Positions 48,368 through 59,698 of a stretch of 64,000 bases of DNA are shown here, in pieces; the stretch's first letter is position 1, and every line of letters begins with the position of its first letter. The DNA comes from an uncultured bacterium (GTDB taxonomy: Bacteria; Verrucomicrobiota; Kiritimatiellia; PWTM01). The stretch lies in NCBI GenBank assembly GCA_937139365.1, contig CAKZPT010000091.1, positions 1,974 through 65,973 of the forward strand, written 5' to 3'. The position numbers were made by a program, and so were the translations under genes. The notes under the pieces were generated by a model, which made no database searches, was not told the origin of the DNA, and was given only the letters and a program-made list of their open reading frames with translations.

Positions 48368-50011
48368 GGCGCAGCGGTGCTCCGGGGAACGTCGGGCGCC
48401 GCCGCGGAGGCCGCGTCGTCCGCCTCCTCCTGTTCCACTTGGAGCCAGGCGGCGGCGGAGCGGTTCGACGCCAGCTCGCGGGCGCGGATTTCCCAGAACC
48501 CACTCTCGTCGTTGGGGGCGATCTCGATCATCAGGTTCAGCTCACCGTCCCGCGTGGCGTGCCATCCAGTCCATTCGGCCTCGCGTCCGGCGGAGTCGCG
48601 GACCTCCACCCGGAGCGGCACGACGGCCGGAACGGGGGTGCCGACGTCGTCCTCGACGCGGATCGTCAGGGGGGCGGTGCCGCCGCGCCGCGCGACGGCC
48701 GGCGCGACGATCCGTACGCACGCGATCGGCCGGTCGACCACCATCCAGATCCGTCCCTTCGCACGGACCGAACTCGTGGCGAAAGACGAGGTCGCCGCCG
48801 CGTTCCTCGGCGGCCACGGGCAGATGCGCGACGAGATCGTAGACGTGGCCGCCCGTCCGGCGAAGACGCACCTCCGCGGATTGGGGCACACCGTCCTCCA
48901 TCACCAGGCCGTGCCGGCCGACGTAGGTTCCGTATTGCCGGAGGTCGTTCACCGCGAACACGTAGTCCGTGGCTCCGTATTGCCGCAGGCGGGGCACGAC
49001 GGTCGGCGACGAGGTGCGCAGCCGCGCCGGGTGTCGGCTGCCGAGGGCCTCGGCAAGGCGGCGGCCCTTTTCCACCATGGCGGCGTGTTCCTCGCTGGCA
49101 CGCCCCGTCCGGGGAACGATGGGGATGCGCAGGTCGGCCTCGACGGCCGGTGACAGTCGCTCGTCGCCGATGACCAGCCCGCCGCGCCGGCGGAAGTCGG
49201 CGATGCGGTCGACGATCGTGCGGGGTAGCACGTCGCAGTCGGGAAGCGCGAGCACCGAAATGCCGTCGAGGCCGTCGCGCGCGATCGTCTCCTCGTACAG
49301 GATGCGGGGCGACAGTTGCGCGTAGGTCAGGATGTGCCATGCGGTGCCGGCCCAGCCCTGCCCCCAGCCGTAGGTGCCACGGCCGGCGAACATCTGCGAG
49401 GTGAAGCTCTCTAGCATCCCCGAGGGCGCCGGGGCGTCGGGGATCTGCAGCAGCGCCGGCCCGAGCGGCTCGAGCACCTCGCGCAGCAGGCGGCGCAGTT
49501 CGTGCTGGGTCTCCGGATGCGTCAGCCGATAAGGCCCGCGGACACCGGGGCAGGGGACCAGCGACTGCCAGCCGTGGTACATGATGCCGGCGACCGGCCG
49601 CGCGATCTTCACCCAGAAACACTCGCGCAGGTGCATCGGCGCGATCGTCAGGAAGGCGGCGTCGGGTTCGATGTCCTCCCACGGCGAGAGCGCCGCCGCC
49701 CGCGCGGCCGAATCCGCATTGGCCGGCGCGAGCGCGGCGCGCCGGACGGCGCGGTCCGGCGCCGCGTCGGTGGACAGCAGGCAGGGACCGAATCGTCCGT
49801 TCGATACGATCGAGGCGCCCGCCAATTGCAGGTGCAGGCCGTTCGGACCGGCGTCGCGCAACGGGTCGTCGGGGAGAACCAACCAGCAGGCGATCACCCT
49901 GGGCCCCGAGGCCTGCGCACCCTGGTAACGCGCGGTCCACGGTTCGCAGGCCGCCCACGACAGCGCAGCCAGCAGCGGGAGGATGAGGCCGGCAAGGGAT
50001 TCAGCCTTCAT
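48364..50011 (-). pseudogene. Secreted hypothetical protein (possibly glycoside-hydrolase-like), interrupted by one frameshift near 48740-48770
   Basis: Signal peptide MKAESLAGLILPLLAALSWAA. Protein-like sequence runs to about 48770 and then turns Arg-rich. A protein-like C-terminal region continues in frame 48364-48891 (..LTIRVEDDVGTPVPAVVPLRVEVRDSAGREAEWTGWHATRDGELNLMIEIAP..). Confidence 0.4.
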
Positions 50012-50148
50012 GGGCCCATCATGATACCTTCGCCGGGGCCGCGAAGCCAGCGGCAGTTTGACAACCGCCGTGCGGACTGGTCTATTGTCCGGTCGGAACG
50101 CGCGGCGGCGCCGGCCTGCGGGCCGGCGGCCGAACTGGCTCCCGACGT

Positions 50149-50224
<76 letters not shown>

Positions 50225-50268
50225 TTGGGGCCGGTGCGGCGACCGCTCCGCGCGCGGGGAGGTGAGCC

Positions 50269-51073
50269 GTGCGCGTTCCCGCGCGGTTCGTTGCGGGGTG
50301 GATGGCGGCCATGACGGCGGCAGGATCGGCGGCCGAATCCGCCGGACAAGGGCGACGGCGTCCGGCGGATCACGAACGTCCGGCCGCGCCTGGAGGTGTA
50401 CTCTCCGGCCGACCCGTGCGGTACGGCGGTGCTGGTCTGTCCCGGCGGGGGCTACAATATTCTCGCCATTTCGCACGAGGGCACGGACGTTTGCCGCTGG
50501 CTCAACGGCCTGGGGGTGACGGCCGCGTTGCTGCACTACCGCGTGCCGAATCTGCGCGACGCCGCGTTCACGGACGCGCAGCGAGCAATGGGCCTGCTGC
50601 GGCGGCGGTCGGCGGAGTTCGGAATCCGCCCCGACCGGATCGGCCTCCTCGGCTTCTCCGCCGGCGGCCACCTCGCCGCTCGGGTGTGCGCTCACGATGG
50701 GCCGAGAATGTACGCGCCCGTCGACGACGCCGACGAGGCGCCCGCCCGGCCCGATTTCGCGGTGCTGATCTACCCCGCTTACCTGGCCGACACCAACTCG
50801 CCCGGCGGCGTTAGCGCGACCCTGCCGGCCGGAGCGCACTGTCCGCCCACCTTCCTCGTCCACGCGGCCGACGACCGTAGTTCGCCCGCCAACAGCATCT
50901 CCTGGTTCCTGGCGTTGCGCGGGGCCGGAGTGCCGGCCGAGATGTACGTGTACGAGTCCGGTGGCCATGGGTTCGGCATGAAAACGTCGGTGCCGCCGAC
51001 GCTGCGCGAGTGGCCCGAGCGGTGCGCGGAATGGATGCGCGACCGCGGTCTGGTGCCCGCCCTGCCGCCATGA
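50269..51073 (+). pseudogene. Alpha/beta-hydrolase carbohydrate esterase (BD-FAE / acetyl-xylan-esterase-like). The signal-peptide region is in a different frame from the catalytic domain.
   Basis: GTG 50269 with the SD GGAGGTGA starts a signal peptide MRVPARFVAGWMAAMTAAGSAAESA in frame 1. The esterase domain (RPRLEVYSPADP..VLVCPGGGY ... LGFSAGGHLAA ... VHAADD ... GGHGF) is in frame 2, which is open from 50315. The shift lies at about 50320-50345. Confidence 0.55.
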
Positions 51074-51227
51074 TCCGGAGAAAGACGACCACGGGCGCTG
51101 GCCCCGCCGTTTGCAGCAGGTGGCCATCGGCAGTGGCGCTGCGCGGGTGGCGCGACCGCAGCGGCGCACGGGTGGCCGGGTGGCGCCTGTCCCTGAATCG
51201 TCACAGGCCAGAACGCAAGCCGGTCCG

Positions 51228-52459
51228 ATGAGCCCTGCCGCCTCCATGTCTCCGCGGGAACGGTTGCGCGTCACGCTGGCGGGGGGGATGCCCGACCGCG
51301 TCCCCGTCTCGCCGTTCGTCCAAGAGGAATACCTGGCGTTCTGTTATCCGGACCGCCCCACGGCGGACCGGGTGGTGGATGCGACCCGGCTGGCGGAGGC
51401 GCTGGATTTCGACCTGATGGCGCATCCGCGCACCCTCGAGCCTCCGCATTTTTCCGCCGGAGCCGGCCGGGGTGGGAGGTGCGTCCGGAGCGGGCCGAGG
51501 AGGACGGCATGCAGGTGCAACGGCTCCGGATCCGCACGCCGTCGCATGAGCTGGTGCGTAAGGACCGCCGTCCCCTGGCCGGCGCGGCGACGGCGGGGGT
51601 GAGCTGGACGCCGGTGCGGCCGCTGCTGGCCGACGCGAACGACCTCGCCGTCTTACTGGAACGGATGCCGCCGCCGGACGACGCGGGTCGCCGCGAGATG
51701 AAGGAGACGATCGCCGGCTGGCGCGCCGTTCTCGGCGAACGCGGCATCGTGGCGCCATGGGGATTCGCCGGCGTGTTCAACGCGGCGGCGGAACCGGTCG
51801 GCATGGACCGGCTCTACGCGATGCCCTTCGAGGAACCGGACGAGTATGCGGCGCTGATGGAGGGGCTCGCCGCGGCCGAGGCCGACTACAACGCCGTGCT
51901 GGCCGCCGCCGGCGCCGCCGCCGTCGGCATCCAGGGCCACATCGCCGGCGGCCAGTCGGTCGGCCCCGATTTCTTCCGGGAACGTGTCCTGCCATGGGAA
52001 CGCCGCGTGGTCGGGGCCATTCACGCGGCCGGGGCCTTCACCGTGTACCACAACTGCGGCCACGCGCGTTCCCTGTACGAGGTCTATCGCCAGCTGGGGA
52101 TGACCGCGTAGGAGACGGTCGCCGAGCCGCCGCGGGGCGACAACACCCTCGAGGAGGCGAAAGCCATGCTTGGCGACCGGATCGTGCTGATCGGCAACCT
52201 CGAGCAGGTCGGGTTTCTGAAGCGAGCCACCCCCCGCGAGGTCGCCGAGCGGACGCGACGGATGGTTCGAGTAGGCAAACCCGGCGGCCGCTACATCGCC
52301 GCCGCCGCAGACTTCATCGAGCGCGGAACCCCGCTGGGCAACCTGCGCGCGATGATCGAGGCGGCGAAGGACGAGGGAGACCACGGATCACGATGGTGCG
52401 CCTGCCGCGAATCGAACGCGGAACCTTCAGCTCCGGAGGCTGACGCTCTGTCCAATTGA
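51228..52459 (+). pseudogene. Uroporphyrinogen-decarboxylase (URO-D) family protein (MtaA/CmuA-like). It carries one frameshift and one in-frame TAG, and its 3' end runs over tRNA-Arg on the opposite strand.
   Basis: The N-terminal part is in the frame of 51111-51602 (RERLRVTLAGGMPDRVPVSPFVQEEYLAFCYP). It shifts to frame +2 at the T5 run near 51455-51470. That frame continues (..VYHNCGHARSLYEVYRQLGMTA) to a TAG at 52109-52111. It then resumes in-frame (ETVAEPP...LGDRIVLIGNLEQ ... GRYIAAAADFIERGTPLGNLRAMIEAAKDEG). Confidence 0.55.
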
Positions 52460-52470
52460 GCTACAGGCGC
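52394..52470 (-). tRNA. tRNA-Arg (CCG)
   Basis: The reverse complement is GCGCCTGTAGCTCAATTGGACAGAGCGTCAGCCTCCGGAGCTGAAGGTTCCGCGTTCGATTCGCGGCAGGCGCACCA. Anticodon loop CUCCGGA. The full cloverleaf forms. CCA is encoded. Confidence 0.8.
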
Positions 52471-52635
52471 GCGCCGCCCTGGGCCCGCTCGGGCCGGGCA
52501 GGCGCCAGGATGCCATTCGGGCCCCGGAAAGGCAACCGTGCCCCGCGCCGCCGCCCCTCGGCCGCTCGGATTGAGGAGCGGCCGGCGGCGGGGGATACTC
52601 CAGGGGGCCCGGCCCGCGGCCGGGGCGTGCGTCCG

Positions 52636-54444
52636 ATGGGCGGAATCTCCCGCGACACGATCGAACTGATCCGGCGACGATGCGACATTGTCGAGGTCGT
52701 CGGCGCGTACCTGCCCCTGCAACGAGCGGGCGCGGCCTTCCGGGCCCTGTGCCCCTTCCACAAAGAGAAGACGCCATCCTTTTACGTCAACCCCGTCCGC
52801 CAGATCTTTCACTGCTTCGGATGCCACGCCGGCGGCGATGTGATCCGCTTCGTGATGGAGTACGAGCGGCTCGATTTCCTCGCCGCGGTGCGGCTGCTCG
52901 CCGAGCGGGCGGGCGTGGCGGTCCAATTCGACGATCGAGACCGCCCGGAGCGTTCACGCCGCGAGCTGCTCCTCAAACTGCACGAAGCGGCGGTCGAATT
53001 TTTCCGCGAGCGGCTGCGTACCGGGCCCGGCTCGGAGGAGGCGCGCGCCTATCTGAAGGCCCGGCGTCTCGAGGGCGAGGCCGAACGCCGGTTTCGGATT
53101 GGCTGGGCGCCCCCGGGCGGCGCGGACCTCGTCGAGTGGGCCCGTCGCCAGGGGTGGGCCCTGGACCTCCTGATCGAGGGAGGACTCGCCGTCGCGGGCG
53201 ACCGGGTCCGCGACCGTTTCGTGGGGCGGCTCATGTTCCCGATTTGCGACGAGCAGGGACGCCCGATCGGCTTCAGCGGCCGCCTCGTGCGAACGGACGA
53301 GTCCGGCGCCAAGTACGTCAACACGCCCGAGACGCCCCTGTTCCACAAGGGGCGGATCCTTTTCGCGCTCGACAAGGCGCGCCGGGCCATCCTCGAACGC
53401 CGGCGGGCCGTGTTGTGCGAGGGCCAGATCGACGCCCTCCGCTGCCACCTGGCCGGCCTGGACCATGTCGTCGCGGCGCAGGGGACGGCCGTGACAGAGG
53501 ACCAGGCGAGGCTGCTCAAGCGCCACGCAGACGAGGTCATCGTGATGCTCGACGCCGACGAGGCTGGCCGCGAAGCGGCCATCCGGTCCGCGCGCACGCT
53601 GCTGGCCGCCGACCTGGCGGTCCGGCTGGCGCCGCTGCCGCCGGGCGAGGATCCCGATTCGCTCATCCTCGGACGGGGCGTCGGGGCGCTGCAGGAGATC
53701 CTCGACCACGCCGAGTCGGCGGTGGACTTCGTTGCACGGGTCGCCCGGGACCGGGGCGAACTGTCCGGCGACGCGGGCCGCATTCGGACGACGGAGCGGC
53801 TGTTGGAGATCATCGGGTCCGCCTCGTCGGCGGTCCTTCGCGATCAGCTCCTCGTCCAGGCGGCCGGCCGGATGGGAGTTCCCGTCGCCGCGATGCGCCG
53901 TGAACTCGAGGGGCGGGCGCACCGCCACCGCCGGCCGGCAAACGGCGCGCCTCCGGCCGGCGAAACGGCGCCGGCGGAAGCCGAACCGGCCCCCGAGGAG
54001 CTGTGGCTGGCCGAGATCGCCGTGCACCGCCCCGAGTGCCGGCCGCTCATCCGGGATCGCCTGCGCCCTCGGCTGATCCGCCATCCGCTGGTCCGGCGCG
54101 TCATCGAGCTGGCGCTCGATGCCGGCGACGGGCCCGTGACCTGGCCCGCGGACGAGCGCTCGGACGCGTTCGAACGGTTCGTGGCGGCCGTTGAAATGTC
54201 CGACCGCGCGCTTCGGTTGGAGGGCGAGGACGCCTCCGCCGTCCGCGCCACGCAGGACTGCATCCTGCGGCTATGGATCCGGGACCGCGAGCGCTGCCGG
54301 CAGGAGGCGGCGTCGCGGATGGCCTCGGCACCGCCCGAGGAACGGCCTCGCTGGCTGGAGGTGTGCCAGCGGCATCTTCGCGAGATCGCCATGCTCAAGC
54401 GAGGCTGGGAGGTGGCGCACCCCTTGTTCGACCTGATGGAATAG
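52636..54444 (+). CDS. dnaG: DNA primase
   Basis: Zinc-binding domain (CPFHKEKTPSFYVNPVRQIFHCFGCHAGGDVIRFV). TOPRIM domain (VLCEGQIDALR...VIVMLDADEAG). Start at MGGISRDTIELI (ATG 52636). Stop codon TAG. Confidence 0.85.
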   Translation: MGGISRDTIELIRRRCDIVEVVGAYLPLQRAGAAFRALCPFHKEKTPSFYVNPVRQIFHCFGCHAGGDVIRFVMEYERLDFLAAVRLLAERAGVAVQFDDRDRPERSRRELLLKLHEAAVEFFRERLRTGPGSEEARAYLKARRLEGEAERRFRIGWAPPGGADLVEWARRQGWALDLLIEGGLAVAGDRVRDRFVGRLMFPICDEQGRPIGFSGRLVRTDESGAKYVNTPETPLFHKGRILFALDKARRAILERRRAVLCEGQIDALRCHLAGLDHVVAAQGTAVTEDQARLLKRHADEVIVMLDADEAGREAAIRSARTLLAADLAVRLAPLPPGEDPDSLILGRGVGALQEILDHAESAVDFVARVARDRGELSGDAGRIRTTERLLEIIGSASSAVLRDQLLVQAAGRMGVPVAAMRRELEGRAHRHRRPANGAPPAGETAPAEAEPAPEELWLAEIAVHRPECRPLIRDRLRPRLIRHPLVRRVIELALDAGDGPVTWPADERSDAFERFVAAVEMSDRALRLEGEDASAVRATQDCILRLWIRDRERCRQEAASRMASAPPEERPRWLEVCQRHLREIAMLKRGWEVAHPLFDLME

Positions 54445-54524
54445 GACCCGGCTTTCCCCGCCCTGCTGGAGTACCCGCCGTCCGACTTTCGCCCAGCCGC
54501 CTTCACCAATAGGATGCGCGCGGG

Positions 54525-55199
54525 ATGTGCGGCCGGTACAGCCTGGCGCTTCGCGCGCGCGACCTCGTCGAGGTATTTGGGCTCAACGCCGTCGATCCGT
54601 CGGCGCCCGACCGTCCCCGCTACAACATCGCGCCCGGCCAGACCGTTGCGGTAATATCCGCCGCCGGCCCGTCGCGTTGGCTGGGCGGCGCGATCTGGGG
54701 TTTGCCCGCCGCCGGCGGCGGCTCTCGCCCGCTGATCAACCTCCGCGCCGAGAGCCTCCGCGACGGCGCGTTTCCGCTGGCGCGGTACTTGCGGAACCGA
54801 CGGTGCGCGGCCCCGGCGGACGGCTTTTTCGAATGGCAGCCCGGCGGACGTCATCGTCGGCCGTGGCACATCCGGCGCCGCGATGGCCGCCCCTTCCTGA
54901 TGGCGGCGGTCTGGACGGATTCGCCCGATCCGCCAGGGCGGCGTGTCGCGATCCTCACGACGGAGCCCAACGCCGTCGTCGCGCCGATCCACCGGCGGAT
55001 GCCTGTGGTGCTCCCGCCCGCGCTGGTCGACGCCTGGCTCGACGCCGCGGTCCGTCTGGACGACCTGTCTCTCTGCTGGCTGGCGCCTTCGCCGGCGGAG
55101 GCGTGGGTCGCCGTTCCCGTCTCGCCCCTCGTCAACCGCCCCGACCGCGATGACCCGGACTGCGTCCGCCCCATCCCTGCGCCGGGCGAGCTATTCTGA
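54525..55199 (+). CDS. yedK: SOS-response-associated peptidase (SRAP/YedK family; abasic-site DNA-protein crosslink protein)
   Basis: N-terminal MCGRY with catalytic Cys2, plus the conserved SRAP core (NIAPGQ ... DGFFEWQ ... ILTTEPN). Confidence 0.7.
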   Translation: MCGRYSLALRARDLVEVFGLNAVDPSAPDRPRYNIAPGQTVAVISAAGPSRWLGGAIWGLPAAGGGSRPLINLRAESLRDGAFPLARYLRNRRCAAPADGFFEWQPGGRHRRPWHIRRRDGRPFLMAAVWTDSPDPPGRRVAILTTEPNAVVAPIHRRMPVVLPPALVDAWLDAAVRLDDLSLCWLAPSPAEAWVAVPVSPLVNRPDRDDPDCVRPIPAPGELF

Positions 55200-55333
55200 A
55201 CGGGCTCCATTTGCACAAAATGACCCTTCGTTTGGATCCGGGCGACCTTGCATCGCCCAGCGAATCCCGGCGGCATGGGCGCGAAGGAACGGCTCCGGAC
55301 CGGCTCGGAAGGGTCGTTCGCGGGGAGCACGGG

Positions 55334-56597
55334 ATGACGAACAAACGGATCGAGGCGGCGTATCGATTAGCGAGGGAACGGTACGGGGACATCGGGGTGG
55401 ACACCGAGGCGACCCTTGGCCGGCTGGCGAGGATTCCGATCTCGATGCACTGCTGGCGGGGCGACGACGTCGGCGGCTTCGAGAACTTCGACGGCGGCCT
55501 CGGCGGCGGGCTGGCCGCGACCGGCAATTATCCGGGCAAGGCGCGGACGCCGGACGAGTTGCGGGCCGACGCAGAGAAGGCGTTCTCCCTGATCCCCGGC
55601 CGGCACCGGTTCAACCTGCATGCCTTCTATGCCGAGTTCCGCGGCCGCAAGGCGGACCGCGACGCGATCGAGTTCCGCCACTTTCGCGGATGGTGGACTG
55701 GGCGAAGTCGCTTGGGATCGGGCTCGACTTCAATCTGACGTGCTTCTCCCATCCAAAGGCCGCCAGTGGGTTCACGTTGTCGCACCCCGACCGGGATATC
55801 CGCCGATTCTGGATCGGCCACTGCGTGGCCTGCCGGCGGGTCGGTGCGGCGATGGGTCGGGCGCTGAACAACCCGATGGTCACCAATATCTGGATCCCCG
55901 ACGGGATGAAGGACACGCCGGCGGACCGCTCCGGCTTTCGCGACCGGCTGCAGGAGTCTCACGACGAGATCCTGGACGCGAAGGTGGACACTCGTCACAA
56001 CCTCGACGCCGTCGAGGGCAAGCTGTTCGGGCTCGGCTGCGAGAGCATGACGGTCGGCTCGCACGAGTTTTACCTCGGCTACGCCGTGCGGCGGCAGATC
56101 CTCTACACGCTGGATTCTGGCCACTGTCATCCGACCGAACAGGCGCGGACAAGATCTCGTCGGTGTTGCGGTACATGCCCGGCCTGCTGCTGCACGTCAG
56201 CCGCGGCGTGAGGTGGGACAGCGACCACGTCGTGGCGCTCAACGACGAGCTGCGGTCGATCGCGGAGGAGCAGGTGCGCGGCGACGCGCTGGATCGCACG
56301 CACATCGGCCTGGACTACTTCGACGCCAGCATCAATCGGATCGCCGCGTGGGTGATCGGCACGCGCAACGTGATCAAGGCGCTCCTGCTGGCGCTGTTGG
56401 AGCCCCGCGCGACGCTGCGGCGGATGGAGCTGGCCGGCGACTACACCGGGCGCCTGGCGCTGCTGGAGGAACTCAAGACGCTGCCGACCGGCGCGGTCCG
56501 GGACGAGTACTGCCGGCGCCAGGGGGTGCCGGTGGGCGCGGCGTGGTTGGACGAGGTGCGGGCCTATGAAAAGGCCGTGCTCGCGCGCCGGGCTTGA
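55334..56597 (+). pseudogene. rhaA: L-rhamnose isomerase, split over three reading frames by two single-base deletions
   Basis: The three segments are collinear with E. coli RhaA. Segment 1: MTNKRIEAAYRLARERYG..PISMHCWRGDDVGGFEN..GNYPGKAR. Segment 2: [21 protein letters not shown]...IWIPDGMKD...DSGHCHPTE. Segment 3: [29 protein letters not shown]...[16 protein letters not shown]. Restoring one G in each of two GG runs (near 55690 tggtgg to tgggtgg; near 56147 gcgcgga to gcgcggga) gives a single ORF. Confidence 0.7.
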
Positions 56598-56627
56598 GGC
56601 GCGGCGGCCGGCCGGGAGGACGCGGAG

Positions 56628-57719
56628 ATGGAATCGGCGACGAATCCGGCACTAAGCGTGGCGATCTTCACCCTCGGCGGGCTGGCAGGCGCGGTCTTTT
56701 ACTTGCCGTTCAAGAGGGCCCGCCAGTGGGCGTGAGAGAGCTACTGGCTGGTCTACGCGATCGCGGGGCTGGTGGTCGTGCCGTGGATCCTCCCGATGAC
56801 GACCTCGCCGAACACGCTCTCGGTGCTGCGGCAGGGACCGGCGGGGGTGATCAGGCGGTGTTTCATGTACGGCGCGATGTGGGGCGTCGGCGGTTTGACG
56901 TGGGGTCTGATGATCCGCTATCTCGGCATCGGCCCGGCGATCGGCTGCGGGCTGTGCTCCGCCGCCGGCACGCTTGTGCCTCCGATCCTGGAGGGCAACC
57001 TCGGCAGGCTCTACGGCACGCCGGCGGCCAACGCGTCGCTGCTGGGGGTGGCCGTCTCGCTGGCCGGCATCGTGCTGGTGGGCACGGCGGGCATGTCGAA
57101 GGAGGCCGAGCTGCCGGAGGAGCAGAAGAAAAAAGCGGTGGCCGAGTACAACTTCCGCAAGGGAATCCTCGTGGCGATCTTCTCCGGCCTGATGAGTTCC
57201 GAGATGAGCGTCGGCCTGCAGGGCGGCAAGGCGATCGAGGAGTTGACCCGCACCGTCGAGCCGGCCACCCCATTGACCTGGAGCGGCATGCCCGTGCTGG
57301 TGGTGGTGCTCCTCGGCGGCTTTGTCGTGAACGCCCTCTGGTGCCTCCATTTGGACGTGAACAACAGGACGCTGGGCGACTACGCGAAGCCCGGCGCCCC
57401 GATCGCCGCCAACCTATTCCGGGCGGCGTTGGCCGGCGCGATCTGGTGCGCGCAATTCATCTGCTTTAAAACGGGCGAGTCGGCGATGGGCTCCATGGCC
57501 TGCATCGGCTGGGCGGTGCTGATGGCCAGCGCGATCGGCTTCAGCACCCTGCTGGGCATCGTACTGGGCGAATGGAAGGGCACCGGCCAGCGGACCCGGT
57601 CCCGCCTCGCGGTGGGGTTGATCCTGCTGCTGGGCTCGACCATCCTGGCCGGCTACAGCGGGCGCCTCGTGCAACGGAGCGCGCCGCCGGCTACCGAAAC
57701 GCCCGCCGTGGAGCCCTGA
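56628..57719 (+). pseudogene. rhaT: L-rhamnose-proton symporter, with an in-frame TGA at 56733-56735 replacing a conserved Trp codon. Alternatively an N-terminally truncated CDS starting at GTG 56772.
   Basis: ATG 56628 ... FYLPFKRARQWA*ESYWLVYAIAGLVVVPW, compared with E. coli RhaT [30 protein letters not shown]: the stop aligns to W. Downstream, MYGAMWGVGGLTWGLMIRYLG matches the RhaT signature [21 protein letters not shown]. Confidence 0.6.
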
Positions 57720-57817
57720 CCGGCTTCGGGCCTGTCCAAACCTTGGAAGCTTTGGCCGGCCTTGGGTCCAAACCTTGGATGGCCGGCGCGGACAGAACGA
57801 CGAAAGGAGAGCGGACC

Positions 57818-59314
57818 ATGGCGGATCGAGTGTACCTGGGCGTCGACCTCGGGGCCGAAAGTGGGCGGGTCATTGCGGGCGTTTGGAACGGCCGGAAACT
57901 CCGTCTGGAGGAGGTCCACCGGTTTCCGAACGGGCCGGTCCACCTGGCCGACTCCATACGATGGGACGTCCTGCGCCTGTGGGCGGAGGTCCAGAACGGG
58001 CTGTCCGCCGCCGCCCGGCGGTATGGCCGCCAGATCGTCTCCGTCGGCGCCGACACCTGGGGGGTGGACTACGTTCTGCTCACCCGCCGCGGGGAGATGC
58101 TCGGCCTGCCCTACCACTATCGGGACTCGCGTACGGACGGCGTCATGGCCTCGGCCTTCCGCAAAGTGCCCCGCGCGGAGATCTTCCGGCAGACGGGCCT
58201 CCAGTTCATGCAGCTCAACACGCTGTTCCAGCTCATCGCGCACCGCCGGGAGCACCCGGACATGCTCGACCATGCCGACCGCCTGCTGATGATGCCGGAC
58301 TTCTTCCATTGGGCGATGTGCGGATCGAAGGTCGTCGAGTTCACCGACGGCTCCACGACCCAGTGCATGAGCGCCGGCCGGCGGACGTGGGCGACCGGCC
58401 TGCTGCGCGCCTTAGACATCCCCACGCGCATTTTCCCGAAGGTGGTCCAGCCCGGCACCGACCTCGGCGAGCTGCGCCGTTCGGTCGCCGAGCGCACCGG
58501 CTTAGATGGCGTCCGCGTCGTCGCGCCGCCCACCCATGACACCGCCTCCGCCGTCGCGGCCGTCCCGACCGACCGCACCGGCTCGGCCGAGTGGGCGTAC
58601 CTCAGCTCCGGTACCTGGTCCCTGATGGGCGTCGAGGTGCGGCGCCCCGTGATCACCGCCCGGGCCCTCGAGCTGAACGTCACCAACGAGGGCGGCGTCG
58701 ATGGCACCTACCGGCTGCTGAAGAACATCATGGGCTTGTGGCTCGTGCAGCAGTGCAAACGGGCCTTCGAGGCCGCCGGCCGGACCTACACCTACGCCGA
58801 TCTCGTCCACGAAGCCGCTGCGGCGCCGGCCCTCCGATCGTTGGTGGACCCCGACGATACCCGTTTCCTCAACCCGCCCGACATGCCCCGCGCCATCCAA
58901 TCCTACTGCCGCGAAACGGGACAGCCCATCCCCTCGACCGACGGGGCACTGGTCCGCTGCGCGTACGACAGCCTTGCGCTCAAGTACCGGCAGGTGGTCG
59001 GGTCGCTGGAGGAACTGACCGGCGGGCGCATCGAGGTGATCCACATCGTCGGCGGCGGCTCGCAGAACGACCTGCTGAACCAGTTCACCGCCGACGCCTG
59101 TCAGCGGCCTGTGCTGGCCGGTCCCGTCGAGGCTACGGCGATGGGCAACGTCCTCGTCCAGGCGCGCGCCAGCGGCGAGGTCGGGTCGCTGGCGGAGATC
59201 CGCGAGGTCGTCCGCCGGTCGTCGGCGCTTCGATCGTTCGAGCCCGGCGACCCCGGCCCGTGGGACGAGGCCGCCAACCGCATGGAGCGCCTGCGTCGCC
59301 GCAAGGAGTCCTGA
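57818..59314 (+). CDS. rhaB: Rhamnulokinase (FGGY carbohydrate-kinase family)
   Basis: FGGY N-terminal motif [13 protein letters not shown]. RhaB-like core (HYRDSRTDG ... MPDFFHW ... [16 protein letters not shown]). The SD AGGAGA precedes ATG 57818. The ORF is intact. Confidence 0.8.
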   Translation: MADRVYLGVDLGAESGRVIAGVWNGRKLRLEEVHRFPNGPVHLADSIRWDVLRLWAEVQNGLSAAARRYGRQIVSVGADTWGVDYVLLTRRGEMLGLPYHYRDSRTDGVMASAFRKVPRAEIFRQTGLQFMQLNTLFQLIAHRREHPDMLDHADRLLMMPDFFHWAMCGSKVVEFTDGSTTQCMSAGRRTWATGLLRALDIPTRIFPKVVQPGTDLGELRRSVAERTGLDGVRVVAPPTHDTASAVAAVPTDRTGSAEWAYLSSGTWSLMGVEVRRPVITARALELNVTNEGGVDGTYRLLKNIMGLWLVQQCKRAFEAAGRTYTYADLVHEAAAAPALRSLVDPDDTRFLNPPDMPRAIQSYCRETGQPIPSTDGALVRCAYDSLALKYRQVVGSLEELTGGRIEVIHIVGGGSQNDLLNQFTADACQRPVLAGPVEATAMGNVLVQARASGEVGSLAEIREVVRRSSALRSFEPGDPGPWDEAANRMERLRRRKES

Positions 59315-59488
59315 AGCCCGGGCGAACTTCAAGGATCCCTGGCAGTTCCCCGGCGAGGCGCCCTGATTATTCGCCCTGTCGCAAGGTGGGGCGCTGCGCC
59401 GCGACGGCTACACCGTGCCCTCGGGACTCGACCTTGCACGAGCCGCGCGATCGCGATCGGCCCCGGCAAGCCAGGGGCCTGTGGCCGG

Positions 59489-59514
59489 GGACACAGTTAA
59501 TAAAGTCCGGCCCC
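59489..59514. repeat. 26-nt AT-rich intergenic element GGACACAGTTAATAAAGTCCGGCCCC, copy 2 of 2
   Basis: Identical to 7467-7492. It lies between rhaB and the DUF5060/GH-like gene. Confidence 0.6.
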
Positions 59515-59698
59515 GGGCTCGCTGAGGCTCTGCCATTCGCCCTCGCACAGTTGGTGGCCGCGGCGCCGGGGTTGCGCCGCAGTCCACCGCGAGAGGCCTC
59601 GCGCCGCGGCCTCGCTAGCCCACATCCATTCATCCCGTGCCGCTTGATTGCGCCTCCGCTTCGTTCGTAGGATTTCGCGCGCCGAGGATAACCAGGAG

